This document shows positions 1-7,998 of a stretch of DNA of 22,160 nt, in pieces. Origin of the DNA: Candidatus Micrarchaeaceae archaeon (lineage in GTDB: Archaea > Micrarchaeota > Micrarchaeia > Micrarchaeales > CABMGC01); the NCBI GenBank assembly GCA_038877255.1, contig JAVYWZ010000012.1, positions 1-22,160 of the forward strand, written 5' to 3'. The notes beneath the pieces were generated by a model. The model did not search any database. It worked only from the letters and a program-made list of their open reading frames with translations, and had not been told where the DNA came from. Each line of letters opens with the position of its first letter. Within the stretch, counting starts at the first letter, position 1. The translations under genes were made by a program, and so were the position numbers.

Positions 1-37
1 GAGCAGCAAGCACTTCTCTGCTTGATTCTCGTAGCAT
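1..37 (-). CDS. 5' fragment of a gene running off the left edge (MLRESSREVLAA...)
   Basis: ATG at 37 on the minus strand, open to the window edge, with a TTTAAATA TATA-like box about 25 nt upstream. Too short to assign a product. Confidence 0.35.
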   Translation of the reverse strand, partial: MLRESSREVLAA

Positions 38-124
38 GGTGCATGCCAGAAGTTAGCTATTTAAAGCTTGCGGTTACTGCAGCGCCTATTTTAAACATTA
101 GGCGTGCAATATGCTTGTGATTTC

Positions 125-298
125 ATGAAGAGCTTTGCGTGCAAGGACATAGGAATGAGCTGCGGATTCAGCGCCAAAGACGAGAGCATAGACAGACTTA
201 TGAAAAAAATACGAGACCATGCGAGGAAGGCGCATGGCATGAACGTCATAGACGACGCAACAATGGCAAAGATAAACGCAGCGATAAAAGACGTCTGA
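125..298 (+). CDS. DUF1059-family small metal-binding protein
   Basis: MKSFACKDIGMSCGF...RDHARKAHGM shows the C-x6-C...H-x4-H pattern. ATG125 is preferred over GTG104 because a TATA-like TTTTAAA sits at ~89-95. Confidence 0.8.
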   Translation: MKSFACKDIGMSCGFSAKDESIDRLMKKIRDHARKAHGMNVIDDATMAKINAAIKDV

Positions 299-304
299 CC
301 GTTG

Positions 305-418
305 TTATTTTGCTTTACTTTCTTGTTTCTTTTGTTTTTTTTGTGTTTTTCTTTTTTGTTTTTTTTCCTTATTTGTTTGCTTTTGCTCTCCGCACAAACC
401 TCGCTTTGTTGCTAGCAT
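305..418 (-). other. Low-complexity T-rich tract (A-rich on the minus strand) that is an open 37-aa Lys/Gln-rich ORF
   Basis: Manual translation gives MLATKRGLCGEQKQTNKEKKQKRKTQKKQKKQESKAK*. It could equally be a poly-T terminator region of the DUF1059 gene. Confidence 0.3.
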
Positions 419-456
419 TTATTAAACTCGCCTTCGAAAAAACATAGATGTTTTAT

Positions 457-1314
457 ATGCTTCTGCAACAAGCGGCAATAATAGTAATGATTGTAATTGC
501 GTTTCTTTACGCTATGTTTGATGTTTTCAACAAGAGGGAAGTGCCTGACTTGTTCGTGTATGTAGCACTCGCAATAGGTGTTTTATTCACGCTTACTTAT
601 ACCGCGCACGTGGCAGAGGAAAGCTTGCTCATAGCAGCTGTTGTGTTCGCGATAGGCTATGTAATATATAGAGCAGGTTTTTGGGGAGCTGGTGATTTCT
701 TTGAGCTTACGACAATAAGCCTGCTGTTGCCAATACAGACCAAACCCTTGCTTACCAGTATAGGCCAGCTTGGCCTGCCTTTCGTAGTTTCGCTGTTCAT
801 TGCTGCAGGCATAGCTGCCATATGGCTTGTTCCTATTTATTACTTGGTTGTGAAGCGCGGCACAGCTGCACGCAAAACAAAAACGCAGCCGATTTACAAG
901 GTTCTAGGCGTGATTCTTTTGGCAATGTATCTCATACTGCTACTATTCATATATGCGCTCTTTGGAATAAATTTTGTTAGGATCGTCATAATAGCAGCAA
1001 TAGGCATACCTTCAGCATTAACACTTGCTTATGAAGAAGAAATAACGAGCAGGATGACTGCAATGGCTTCTCCAAAGAGCCTCAGCCCTGGAGACATAAT
1101 AGCAGTAAACCTGATGGGCAGGCAAGATATAAAATATTTCAAAGGCATTTATCCAAAATTCAGTAGGCTAGCGACAAAAGAGATGATAAGCAAAATAAAG
1201 GGCGCAAAGAAGAAACTGCCTGTGTACGTAAACGCTGCCCCATTTACGCTGTTTGTGTTCATTGGTGCTATAATATCGCTGCTGTTTGGAAACCTCATAC
1301 TTTATATACTTTAG
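457..1314 (+). CDS. Type IV prepilin/prearchaellin peptidase (A24 family, PibD/FlaK/EppA-like)
   Basis: Polytopic membrane protein with both catalytic Asp motifs (AMFDVFNKREVPD and WGAGD) and a C-terminal PFTLFVFIG motif. Start is ATG457 or ATG448. Confidence 0.85.
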   Translation: MLLQQAAIIVMIVIAFLYAMFDVFNKREVPDLFVYVALAIGVLFTLTYTAHVAEESLLIAAVVFAIGYVIYRAGFWGAGDFFELTTISLLLPIQTKPLLTSIGQLGLPFVVSLFIAAGIAAIWLVPIYYLVVKRGTAARKTKTQPIYKVLGVILLAMYLILLLFIYALFGINFVRIVIIAAIGIPSALTLAYEEEITSRMTAMASPKSLSPGDIIAVNLMGRQDIKYFKGIYPKFSRLATKEMISKIKGAKKKLPVYVNAAPFTLFVFIGAIISLLFGNLILYIL

Positions 1315-1376
1315 GCCAAACACTGCCAAGGATGTTGGCCTTTGCGCCATAGCACGCGATTCGCCTTGTAAGTATG

Positions 1377-1404
1377 TTATATAAATATGATTGGCGATTC
1401 ATAT
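1377..1404 (+). promoter_or_regulatory. TATA box overlapped by an ArsR/SmtB-type operator ATATGA-N8-TCATAT
   Basis: TTATATAAAT at 1377-1386 and a perfect inverted repeat at 1385-1390/1399-1404 with TGA-N8-TCA spacing, directly before ATG1408. The operon ends in an ArsR-family gene. Confidence 0.7.
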
Positions 1405-1407
1405 ATC

Positions 1408-1920
1408 ATGCGCAGGTACAACATAAGATCAAGCGCGATATACGCTGTGCTCAGCAACAAGTCTTATCTGGCAGCATTTATCGCGATATTCTTTTTGTCT
1501 TTGGCAGCATATTCATATCTGCTCTCGGGCTCTTCCGTTAATCTTGCTATGCCTAAAATAATTTTAGGTCTCAATGCATACGCGCTTGCTGCATCGATAT
1601 CTATTAGCGTGCTCCTTTCCCTTTCGATAGTTATGGACATCTTTGCTTTTGAAAAAGGTGCGGCTTCTGAAGCAAAGTTGGGCATTGGCGCCGTAGTTGC
1701 GGCGATAATACCAGGGAGCTTATGCTGCACTTCGGTGATACCTGCAATCCTAGCCGCAGCTGGTGCATCTACCACTACGATAATAGGGGCGGCAGGAGCA
1801 CTTCAGGGCCCATTCGCGGCATACGAACCTGCTTTCATAATCGCCTCGATAGGGCTGCTTCTACTAAGCATATTTTTGGTTTCAAGAAATATATCAAAAT
1901 GCTGTTTAGTGAGCAGATGA
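1408..1920 (+). CDS. MerT-like Cys-Cys membrane protein (putative heavy-metal transporter)
   Basis: About 4 TM segments. GSLCCTSVIP..AAAG...PFAAYEPAFI resembles the MerT ASACC..P..LG...LEPYRPIFI core, and there is a C-terminal KCC. ATG1408 fits the promoter spacing better than ATG1387. Confidence 0.6.
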   Translation: MRRYNIRSSAIYAVLSNKSYLAAFIAIFFLSLAAYSYLLSGSSVNLAMPKIILGLNAYALAASISISVLLSLSIVMDIFAFEKGAASEAKLGIGAVVAAIIPGSLCCTSVIPAILAAAGASTTTIIGAAGALQGPFAAYEPAFIIASIGLLLLSIFLVSRNISKCCLVSR

Positions 1921-2474
1921 AAAATGCAAAGGTGCTTGTGGCAATTGTTGCTTTGGCAGCAATCGCAGGCACCGTATTGATACTGCACATCAGTGCGAAC
2001 GATAATGGCAATCAGCTGCAGAACGTCACCGTAGGCTCTGTTGCCCCTAATTATAGGTTCTTTTTGGCTAACGGAAGCCCAGCAAGCTTGTCAACATATA
2101 AGGGGAATATCACCCTGCTGTGGTTTGTGGCCACATGGTGCCCAAGCTGTGCACAAGGCAATGAAGCAATAAATCAGAATTATCAATTTTTCAAGCAGCA
2201 CAGAATAAAGGTAGTAGAACTTGAACTTTACAAAGACTTGGGTTACAGTGGGCCATCTATTGCGGCTTTTGTAGGCTCATATGCTGCAGCTGCGTATTCA
2301 AACGGCACGATTGTCCCGGCACTTGCGAGCTACAACATGACAATAGCCTACGATCCGCATGGCTACCTTGACATATACTACCTGATTTCGGGCAACGGCA
2401 CTGTGTTGTACATAAATGGTTCGCCGTCAGCGACAATGAGCCAACTCAAGCAGGCCATAAACAGTTCGTTATAG
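1917..2474 (+). CDS. Membrane-anchored TlpA/ResA-like thioredoxin-fold protein (redoxin)
   Basis: ATGA overlap with the upstream stop, N-terminal TM anchor, VGSVAPNY and LLWFVATWCPSC (CxxC) motifs, and several N-x-S/T sequons suggesting an external location. Confidence 0.85.
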   Translation: MKNAKVLVAIVALAAIAGTVLILHISANDNGNQLQNVTVGSVAPNYRFFLANGSPASLSTYKGNITLLWFVATWCPSCAQGNEAINQNYQFFKQHRIKVVELELYKDLGYSGPSIAAFVGSYAAAAYSNGTIVPALASYNMTIAYDPHGYLDIYYLISGNGTVLYINGSPSATMSQLKQAINSSL

Positions 2475-2482
2475 ATGATTAG

Positions 2483-2815
2483 ATGGACAAATTAGAGGTA
2501 AAAACATTCCTTTTCGTTATAAGCGATTACAGCAGGTTCAGGATATTAACCGCACTTATGGAAGGAAAGTTAAATGTAAGCGGAATAGTTGCTGCTACTG
2601 GGATGGAGCAGAGCAACGTATCGCACCATATGGAATGCCTATTAAACTGCGGGTTCGTGATTGTAAAGAGGTCTGGGAAAGAACGCATTTACGGCTTAAA
2701 CAAGGACATAAGGCCGATAATAAACAGCATAGTTAGGCACATTAGAAGGTATAAAACACGCATATTGACCTGCAATGTTGCGAACAAAGAGTATATTTCA
2801 AAAGTGATTAAATAG
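2483..2815 (+). CDS. ArsR/SmtB-family metalloregulator, CmtR-type (alpha4C site)
   Basis: SRFRIL...QSNVSHHMECLLNCGFV...RIY winged helix with Cys52, Cys56 and Cys97. Confidence 0.9.
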   Translation: MDKLEVKTFLFVISDYSRFRILTALMEGKLNVSGIVAATGMEQSNVSHHMECLLNCGFVIVKRSGKERIYGLNKDIRPIINSIVRHIRRYKTRILTCNVANKEYISKVIK

Positions 2816-2923
2816 AGAGTTTTGAGTATGCAATATTAGGGCAAGGATCGGCAGCATTTTATTACGAAAACTTCTTTGTAGGGTTCAAATTTCAAACGCC
2901 AACTTCCTAACTGCCGAAAAGCA

Positions 2924-3796
2924 TCAGTATACGAAGTCCATTAGCTCTTCTTCTGAGCGTAAGCTTTTCAGACTTTTCCTAGGCATGGCCTTTATCCCGT
3001 ATACCTCTTTAGCGCTGCTGCTTATGAAGAACGGAAACATGTTGTTCACGGTGTTTTTCAGCTCTTTAAAGAAAGCTGCTTTCTTGCGCATCGTCCTTTC
3101 GTCAGACTCGTACGAGATTGCATAATAGTTGTGCCTTTTCGCAAGCATACCAAACGGCGCATTGTCCAAATCAAGCACGCGTATGTCAGTAGAGCCTAGA
3201 CTTTTCTGCTTTGTTGGCCCTGGCGCAGGAGTCTCGGCAGAGGCGCCCATGCACACAGCCTCGCCAAGCGCCTTTTCTATCCTCTTAGCCACATCTAGAG
3301 AAGCGTAGGCATATGCGTGCTCATGGTTATAGAGCGTGCTCTTCGATACGCCGGCCTCGTCTGCAAGCTGTCTGAGAGTGAGTTTCTCCATAGTGCGAAG
3401 GCGGTTGAGCCTCTTGCTATCGAGCATTACCTTTATGCCTACTGATTTTGAAGCAAGATAAGTTAGTTTTGAATCAAAAATAAAGTCAAGTTCAGGGTAG
3501 TTTATACAACTTATAGAGAAGCGAGAATAGCCCACTCCTCTTTTCAGAGCTCCGTTCCTTGACTTGCTGCCTATTATTATGGGCTTTGCGCCGATGAACG
3601 ACGCTGCCTCGGAAAGCTTTTCTGCGTCACTTGCATGTATTGCGTCTATGTTTTGCGATATCTTTACGACCAACTTTATGCCTTTGTACTGCGCTATTAT
3701 GTCAACAAAAGAGCGTATGCCCTTGGCCTCTGCAATGGCGAATCCCATAGAGCCAAGCTTCTTAGCCGTTGCTTTTAAAAGCTCCTGCTTCTGCAT
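2924..3796 (-). CDS. Archaeal Cro/C1-type HTH transcriptional regulator (COG1395-like)
   Basis: N-terminal FVDIIA...LVVK nuclease-like domain, central LRQLADEAGVSKSTLYNHE HTH, and an APF motif. Start is ATG3796 (or TTG3811). Confidence 0.8.
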   Translation of the reverse strand: MQKQELLKATAKKLGSMGFAIAEAKGIRSFVDIIAQYKGIKLVVKISQNIDAIHASDAEKLSEAASFIGAKPIIIGSKSRNGALKRGVGYSRFSISCINYPELDFIFDSKLTYLASKSVGIKVMLDSKRLNRLRTMEKLTLRQLADEAGVSKSTLYNHEHAYAYASLDVAKRIEKALGEAVCMGASAETPAPGPTKQKSLGSTDIRVLDLDNAPFGMLAKRHNYYAISYESDERTMRKKAAFFKELKNTVNNMFPFFISSSAKEVYGIKAMPRKSLKSLRSEEELMDFVY

Positions 3797-3910
3797 GAAT
3801 TTATTTCTCAATACGCAAATTTATTCTTTGCTGTAAGCGCTACAGCTTACTAAAAACGAAAAAAAGAAAACGCATTTATTATTAAACATGCAAATGCCAT
3901 GTGTGATATT

Positions 3911-4540
3911 ATGGAAGAAGTATCAATAGGTAGCCTGCACAAATACGAGCTTGCACCGCTGCCATATAAGCTTGATGCGCTAGAGCCATACATAAGCAAA
4001 GATGTTGTAGACATTCACTACAATGCTCACCACAAGGGCTACGTTAACGGGGCAAATACACTAGTAGACAGATTGAATGGCATTATAAAAGGTGACGTTA
4101 CAAGCTACGACCTTCACGGCATATTGAGAAGCATTACATTCAACGTAAACGGGGCAAAGCTGCATACTGCGTATTGGAACAACATGGCACCCAACGGCAA
4201 GGGTGGCGGAACTCCTGGAGGTAAGCTCGCTGATTTGATAAACGAGCAGTATGGCAATTTTGATAGGTTCAAGAAGCTATTTACAGAGGCCGCAAACTCG
4301 AATCCGGGCTCAGGCTGGGCCGTTCTCAACTTTGACACAGAGAGCAAGAATCTGCAGATTATGACAGTAGAGAACCACTTTATGAACCACCTTGCTGAAA
4401 TGCCGATAGTGCTCATAGTAGATGAGTTTGAGCACGCTTACTACTTGCAGTACAAGAACAAGCGCACAGATTACATAAGCAACTGGTGGAATATAGTCAA
4501 TTGGGAAGACGCTGAAAAGCGGCTAGAAAAACATCTTTAA
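3911..4540 (+). CDS. sod: Fe/Mn superoxide dismutase
   Basis: [32 protein letters not shown] and [11 protein letters not shown] metal-ligand motifs. Start is 3911 or 3899. Confidence 0.97.
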   Translation: MEEVSIGSLHKYELAPLPYKLDALEPYISKDVVDIHYNAHHKGYVNGANTLVDRLNGIIKGDVTSYDLHGILRSITFNVNGAKLHTAYWNNMAPNGKGGGTPGGKLADLINEQYGNFDRFKKLFTEAANSNPGSGWAVLNFDTESKNLQIMTVENHFMNHLAEMPIVLIVDEFEHAYYLQYKNKRTDYISNWWNIVNWEDAEKRLEKHL

Positions 4541-4659
4541 CAACAAGCGTATTTTGAGTCTCGCCAAATCTCTTATTTGAAGCTAATCAAGAAGACTGAG
4601 TTTATGAGCAGAGTTTTGCCATGTGTAAAGTTTAAAAATGGCCGCATAGAAATAATGAT

Positions 4660-5295
4660 ATGACAGGGGTACTAGCATCTCAGGCTTTTGCTGAGTTTTC
4701 AACTATTCTTATATTGATCCTTACTATTGCTTTAGCAGTAGTGATGACAGGTAGGTATTCCCGCAGACGCTCGAAGCCGCTGCTCTACTGGAGCATGGGA
4801 ATGTGGGCTTTTGCCGTTGGCGTGCTCCTCGAAGTGGTATTCGCAGCTGGCGTATATTCGGAACTGCTCATAGCCATATACCTGTTCATCGTTGCCATAA
4901 TAGTGGAGAGCCTGGCATTGGGCTCGACGCAGCTGATAAAGTCAAACAAGCTAAAGAATTTGTATTATGCGTATGCTGCAGCTTCAACCATATTGCTTGC
5001 GTACTCTTTGTACGCATCTCACATAGGCAACATAATAGAATCTCACATCGTTTTCGGCGCGCTTCCCCTTTTCGTAGTTATAACATCGTCTATAGTGACA
5101 TTTCCTGCAGCGGCGATAATAATAGTGGTAGCCGCAATAAGCTATGCGCGCAAGCGCAGTTACAAGATGCTGAGCATAATAGCTGGTGTAATAGTCGTAT
5201 CAGCAGCAGGTACGCTGTACATAGCCGCGATGCCAACTTTTCTATACTATTCGGAATTCATAGGCATACTGCTGCTCTGGATTGGATTCATATGA
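4660..5295 (+). CDS. Uncharacterised ~7-TM membrane protein upstream of cydA
   Basis: Seven hydrophobic segments, its own TTTAAAAA box at ~4631, and a 10-bp gap to cydA. Confidence 0.75.
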   Translation: MTGVLASQAFAEFSTILILILTIALAVVMTGRYSRRRSKPLLYWSMGMWAFAVGVLLEVVFAAGVYSELLIAIYLFIVAIIVESLALGSTQLIKSNKLKNLYYAYAAASTILLAYSLYASHIGNIIESHIVFGALPLFVVITSSIVTFPAAAIIIVVAAISYARKRSYKMLSIIAGVIVVSAAGTLYIAAMPTFLYYSEFIGILLLWIGFI

Positions 5296-5305
5296 AGTGC
5301 TTTGA

Positions 5306-6649
5306 ATGATACCAATAACATTCTATGACCGCTTTACCATGGGCTTCTCGCTCGGCGTCCACATAATACTTGCAACGATAGGCATAGCCCTTCCTGCAAT
5401 AATAGCTGTGGCAGAATTCCTATACTTGAAATACAAGGACAGATACTATGACATACTAGCAAGCAGGCTGACAATAGTGCTGGCGGTTTTATTTGCGGTT
5501 GGCACAGCTTCAGGTACGCTTGTAGCGGTAAATCTTCTTGTATTATGGCCTAAATTCATGCAGCTCATCGGCACAGTCGCTATCCTTCCATTCTTCACCG
5601 AGGTATTCGCCTTTTTTGGCGAAGCAATACTGCTTGGAGTTTACCTATATTCAAGGCATAAGATACGGAGCGGCTATATCAGGCTTGCAATAATAATAGC
5701 GATAGGGTTCTTTGCAGCTCTTTCCGGAGTTCTCATAACAATGATAAACGCTTTCATGAACACTCCTGTGGGATTCAACATACCAACATACCTATCTACA
5801 GGAATTATAACAGGCGTAAATCCTCTGGCCGTGTTTGATACGCCATCTACAGGCATAGAGGTATTCCATGTGATATCCACATCATATCTTGCTGGCACTT
5901 CCATATTCTTTGCGTACTTTGCACTCATGCTTTTAAGGTCAATGGATAACGAGCGCAAGCGTAATTATTACAAGAAAGCTGTCAAGCTCACATTTGCCAT
6001 AATACTCGTTGCTGTTATACTGTCAATAATAAGCGGCTTGCTTTCAATACCAATGCTTCTTCATCTTCAACCAGAGAAATATGCGGCCGTTGAGCTGAAC
6101 CTTATATCAGGCTCTCATGCTCCAGAAGTGCTGTTCGGGTTTTACTCAAGCGCTACTAACTCCATAGTCGATGGAATATCAGTGCCAAACCTGCAGAGCA
6201 TATTGGCCAATGGAACCGCATCCACAGTCGTTCCAGGGCTAAATCAGTTTCCCAAATCCACATGGCCTCCCCTGTTCATACACGACCTATTTGACATAAT
6301 GGTTCTGATTGGCTTTGGGCTTGGCTTCTTCTGCTTAGTAATATTAATACTGGCCTTTCTTAAGAAAAAGGTGTTCGAAAACAGGATAGCCCTATGGCTC
6401 TATGCAGTATTCTCGGCTTTCGTGCTGATACTACTCGAGAGCGGATGGGTAGTCGATGAGGTAGGCAGGCAGCCGTGGATAGTATATAACATAATGACTG
6501 TGCAGCAGGCGGCCAACCAATCGGCAAGCATAATCCCATTAGCCATAGGAGTAATAATAGTCTATATAGTAATACTTCCAGCTACCATATACGCGCTCAA
6601 AAAGATATTTGATGGAAGGCCTTTGGAAAAGGATCTTGGCGATCAATGA
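5306..6649 (+). CDS. cydA: Cytochrome bd quinol oxidase subunit I
   Basis: GVHII (His19 equivalent), FAVGTASG, EVFAFFGE, FHV (His186), QPEKYAAVE Q-loop, IMV (Met393) and ESGWVVDEVGRQPW. Confidence 0.96.
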   Translation: MIPITFYDRFTMGFSLGVHIILATIGIALPAIIAVAEFLYLKYKDRYYDILASRLTIVLAVLFAVGTASGTLVAVNLLVLWPKFMQLIGTVAILPFFTEVFAFFGEAILLGVYLYSRHKIRSGYIRLAIIIAIGFFAALSGVLITMINAFMNTPVGFNIPTYLSTGIITGVNPLAVFDTPSTGIEVFHVISTSYLAGTSIFFAYFALMLLRSMDNERKRNYYKKAVKLTFAIILVAVILSIISGLLSIPMLLHLQPEKYAAVELNLISGSHAPEVLFGFYSSATNSIVDGISVPNLQSILANGTASTVVPGLNQFPKSTWPPLFIHDLFDIMVLIGFGLGFFCLVILILAFLKKKVFENRIALWLYAVFSAFVLILLESGWVVDEVGRQPWIVYNIMTVQQAANQSASIIPLAIGVIIVYIVILPATIYALKKIFDGRPLEKDLGDQ

Positions 6650-7599
6650 TGTACGCTTTGATATTCATAAACTATATTGTGTTTGCGCTGTTTCTAACGG
6701 CATTCATCATAGAGGTAGGCATAGCGCTGCTTCTTCTAATATCATACAACACTAAAGAAAAACTTTTGAAGTACCTCATGCCTATGTGGGAGATAGATGG
6801 CACTTTCGCGATATTTTATGTTGTAGATTTGGAGTCAACATATCCAAGCATATTGCTTACTGCAGGCACAATGTACATACTGCCTGTATTGATTGCTGCA
6901 CTGTTCTTCATATTCAGAAACGCCTTTCTCGCTTATGGAGAGTACATGGGCAAAGAATCGGCGCAAAAAGCGTACATACGCATTTACGGGATAGCTATGC
7001 TTGTAGTTGCGTTCATCGCAATCTCAGTTCTTGCATCTTCGGTGAGTGGCATAGGAGTAAACCTTGCAGCAAAGAGCCTGGACATTATTGCGCTGCTATT
7101 CAATCCGTTTAGCCTGCTGATATTCTTCGCAGTTGCGCTTCTGTCGCTGTTTGCAGCAATGGTAATATTTGGAATCAGGCACGTTGGCGCCGAGGTACTT
7201 GCAGCTGTGGCAGCAGTAGTATTTGTACTTATAGCGTTGCAATCATACGCACATTACATAATAGCCAATGTGCTTGCCGATCCAGTGTTAATTATAATAC
7301 CAGCAGTGCTTATAGCGGTAGCAATACTGCTTCAGGCATTAAAAAAGGGCTTGGCAAGGTATCTGACAATAGTGGCTCTGTTCTTCAGCGTGCTGCTTTT
7401 TGAGCTGGCAGAATATCCATACTGGTTCAACAAAGCTGTTGCCCTGCAATCCATACTCGTAAGCGGGCCATCAGCATCATACCTGCTTGCCTTCAGCATA
7501 GGTGGCATTGCGGTGCTGGCTGTTCTGATAGGCATATTAATATACATAAACTTGATGCACAAAGGGGATGTTACGCAGGAACAGGATATAGGATATTGA
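6646..7599 (+). CDS. cydB: Cytochrome bd oxidase subunit II
   Basis: ATGA overlap with cydA, PMWEIDGTF (PxWD/ExxxxW-like) motif, FIFRNAF, YPY, and a polytopic profile. Confidence 0.88.
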   Translation: MMYALIFINYIVFALFLTAFIIEVGIALLLLISYNTKEKLLKYLMPMWEIDGTFAIFYVVDLESTYPSILLTAGTMYILPVLIAALFFIFRNAFLAYGEYMGKESAQKAYIRIYGIAMLVVAFIAISVLASSVSGIGVNLAAKSLDIIALLFNPFSLLIFFAVALLSLFAAMVIFGIRHVGAEVLAAVAAVVFVLIALQSYAHYIIANVLADPVLIIIPAVLIAVAILLQALKKGLARYLTIVALFFSVLLFELAEYPYWFNKAVALQSILVSGPSASYLLAFSIGGIAVLAVLIGILIYINLMHKGDVTQEQDIGY

Positions 7600-7643
7600 G
7601 GCAATGTTTTCTTGGAGCATAATAAGGCACATAGTACGCATAC

Positions 7644-7805
7644 AAGGAAGAAGAGCGCGTTATAGTGCATAAGGGCATATAAAGGCCCTTCAGCAGCGAG
7701 TATGACAGGGAGCTCGGGGAAGGCACATATGCATGCAAGAGGTGTGGCGCCAAGCTGTACAAGTCCGAAGACAAGTTCGATTTACAATGCGGGTGGCCTA
7801 GTTTC
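7644..7805 (+). pseudogene. msrB: Remnant of methionine-R-sulfoxide reductase MsrB
   Basis: Manual translation gives [53 protein letters not shown]. There is an in-frame TAA at 7680, no start codon, and similarity ends after GWPSF. Confidence 0.85.
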
Positions 7806-7998
7806 GGTTTCGCATCTTTCACCGTGAAATAGCATATTTTGTAAGTTATTTTATTGTATAATTTTATGTTTATAGAAAGGCTTACATCATCTTTGCGCGC
7901 TCATCCTGTGCTCCTTCCCATCTCATATTGGGAAAAGCAGGTCCTTGACCCCAATTTTTTTTTAATGCTTTCGGACGGTATCGTATATGCCTTGTCGC

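Noticed and set aside
139..447. 102-aa plus-strand ORF with a Phe-rich 'TM' segment
   Set aside because: It overlaps the DUF1059 gene out of frame, and its hydrophobic stretch is just the translated poly-T tract.
1722..1916. N-terminal extension of the thioredoxin ORF given in the track
   Set aside because: It overlaps the upstream gene. ATG1917 gives an ATGA coupling and puts the signal anchor at the N-terminus.
7680..7682. In-frame stop in msrB as possible selenocysteine/pyrrolysine or stop-codon recoding
   Set aside because: The codon is TAA at a Glu position, TAA terminates many genes here, and the gene also lacks a start and its C-terminal half.
7571..7822. 83-aa minus-strand ORF
   Set aside because: It is the antisense shadow of the msrB remnant.
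7908..7914. GTGCTCC matching the tRNA-Glu 3' end as a possible att site
   Set aside because: Only 7 bp match, which is expected by chance, and there is no integrase in the window.
7880..7998. Possible further gene relic and a TTCCCA-N8-TGGGAA hairpin
   Set aside because: The translations show no recognisable family and the 6-bp stem alone is not significant.
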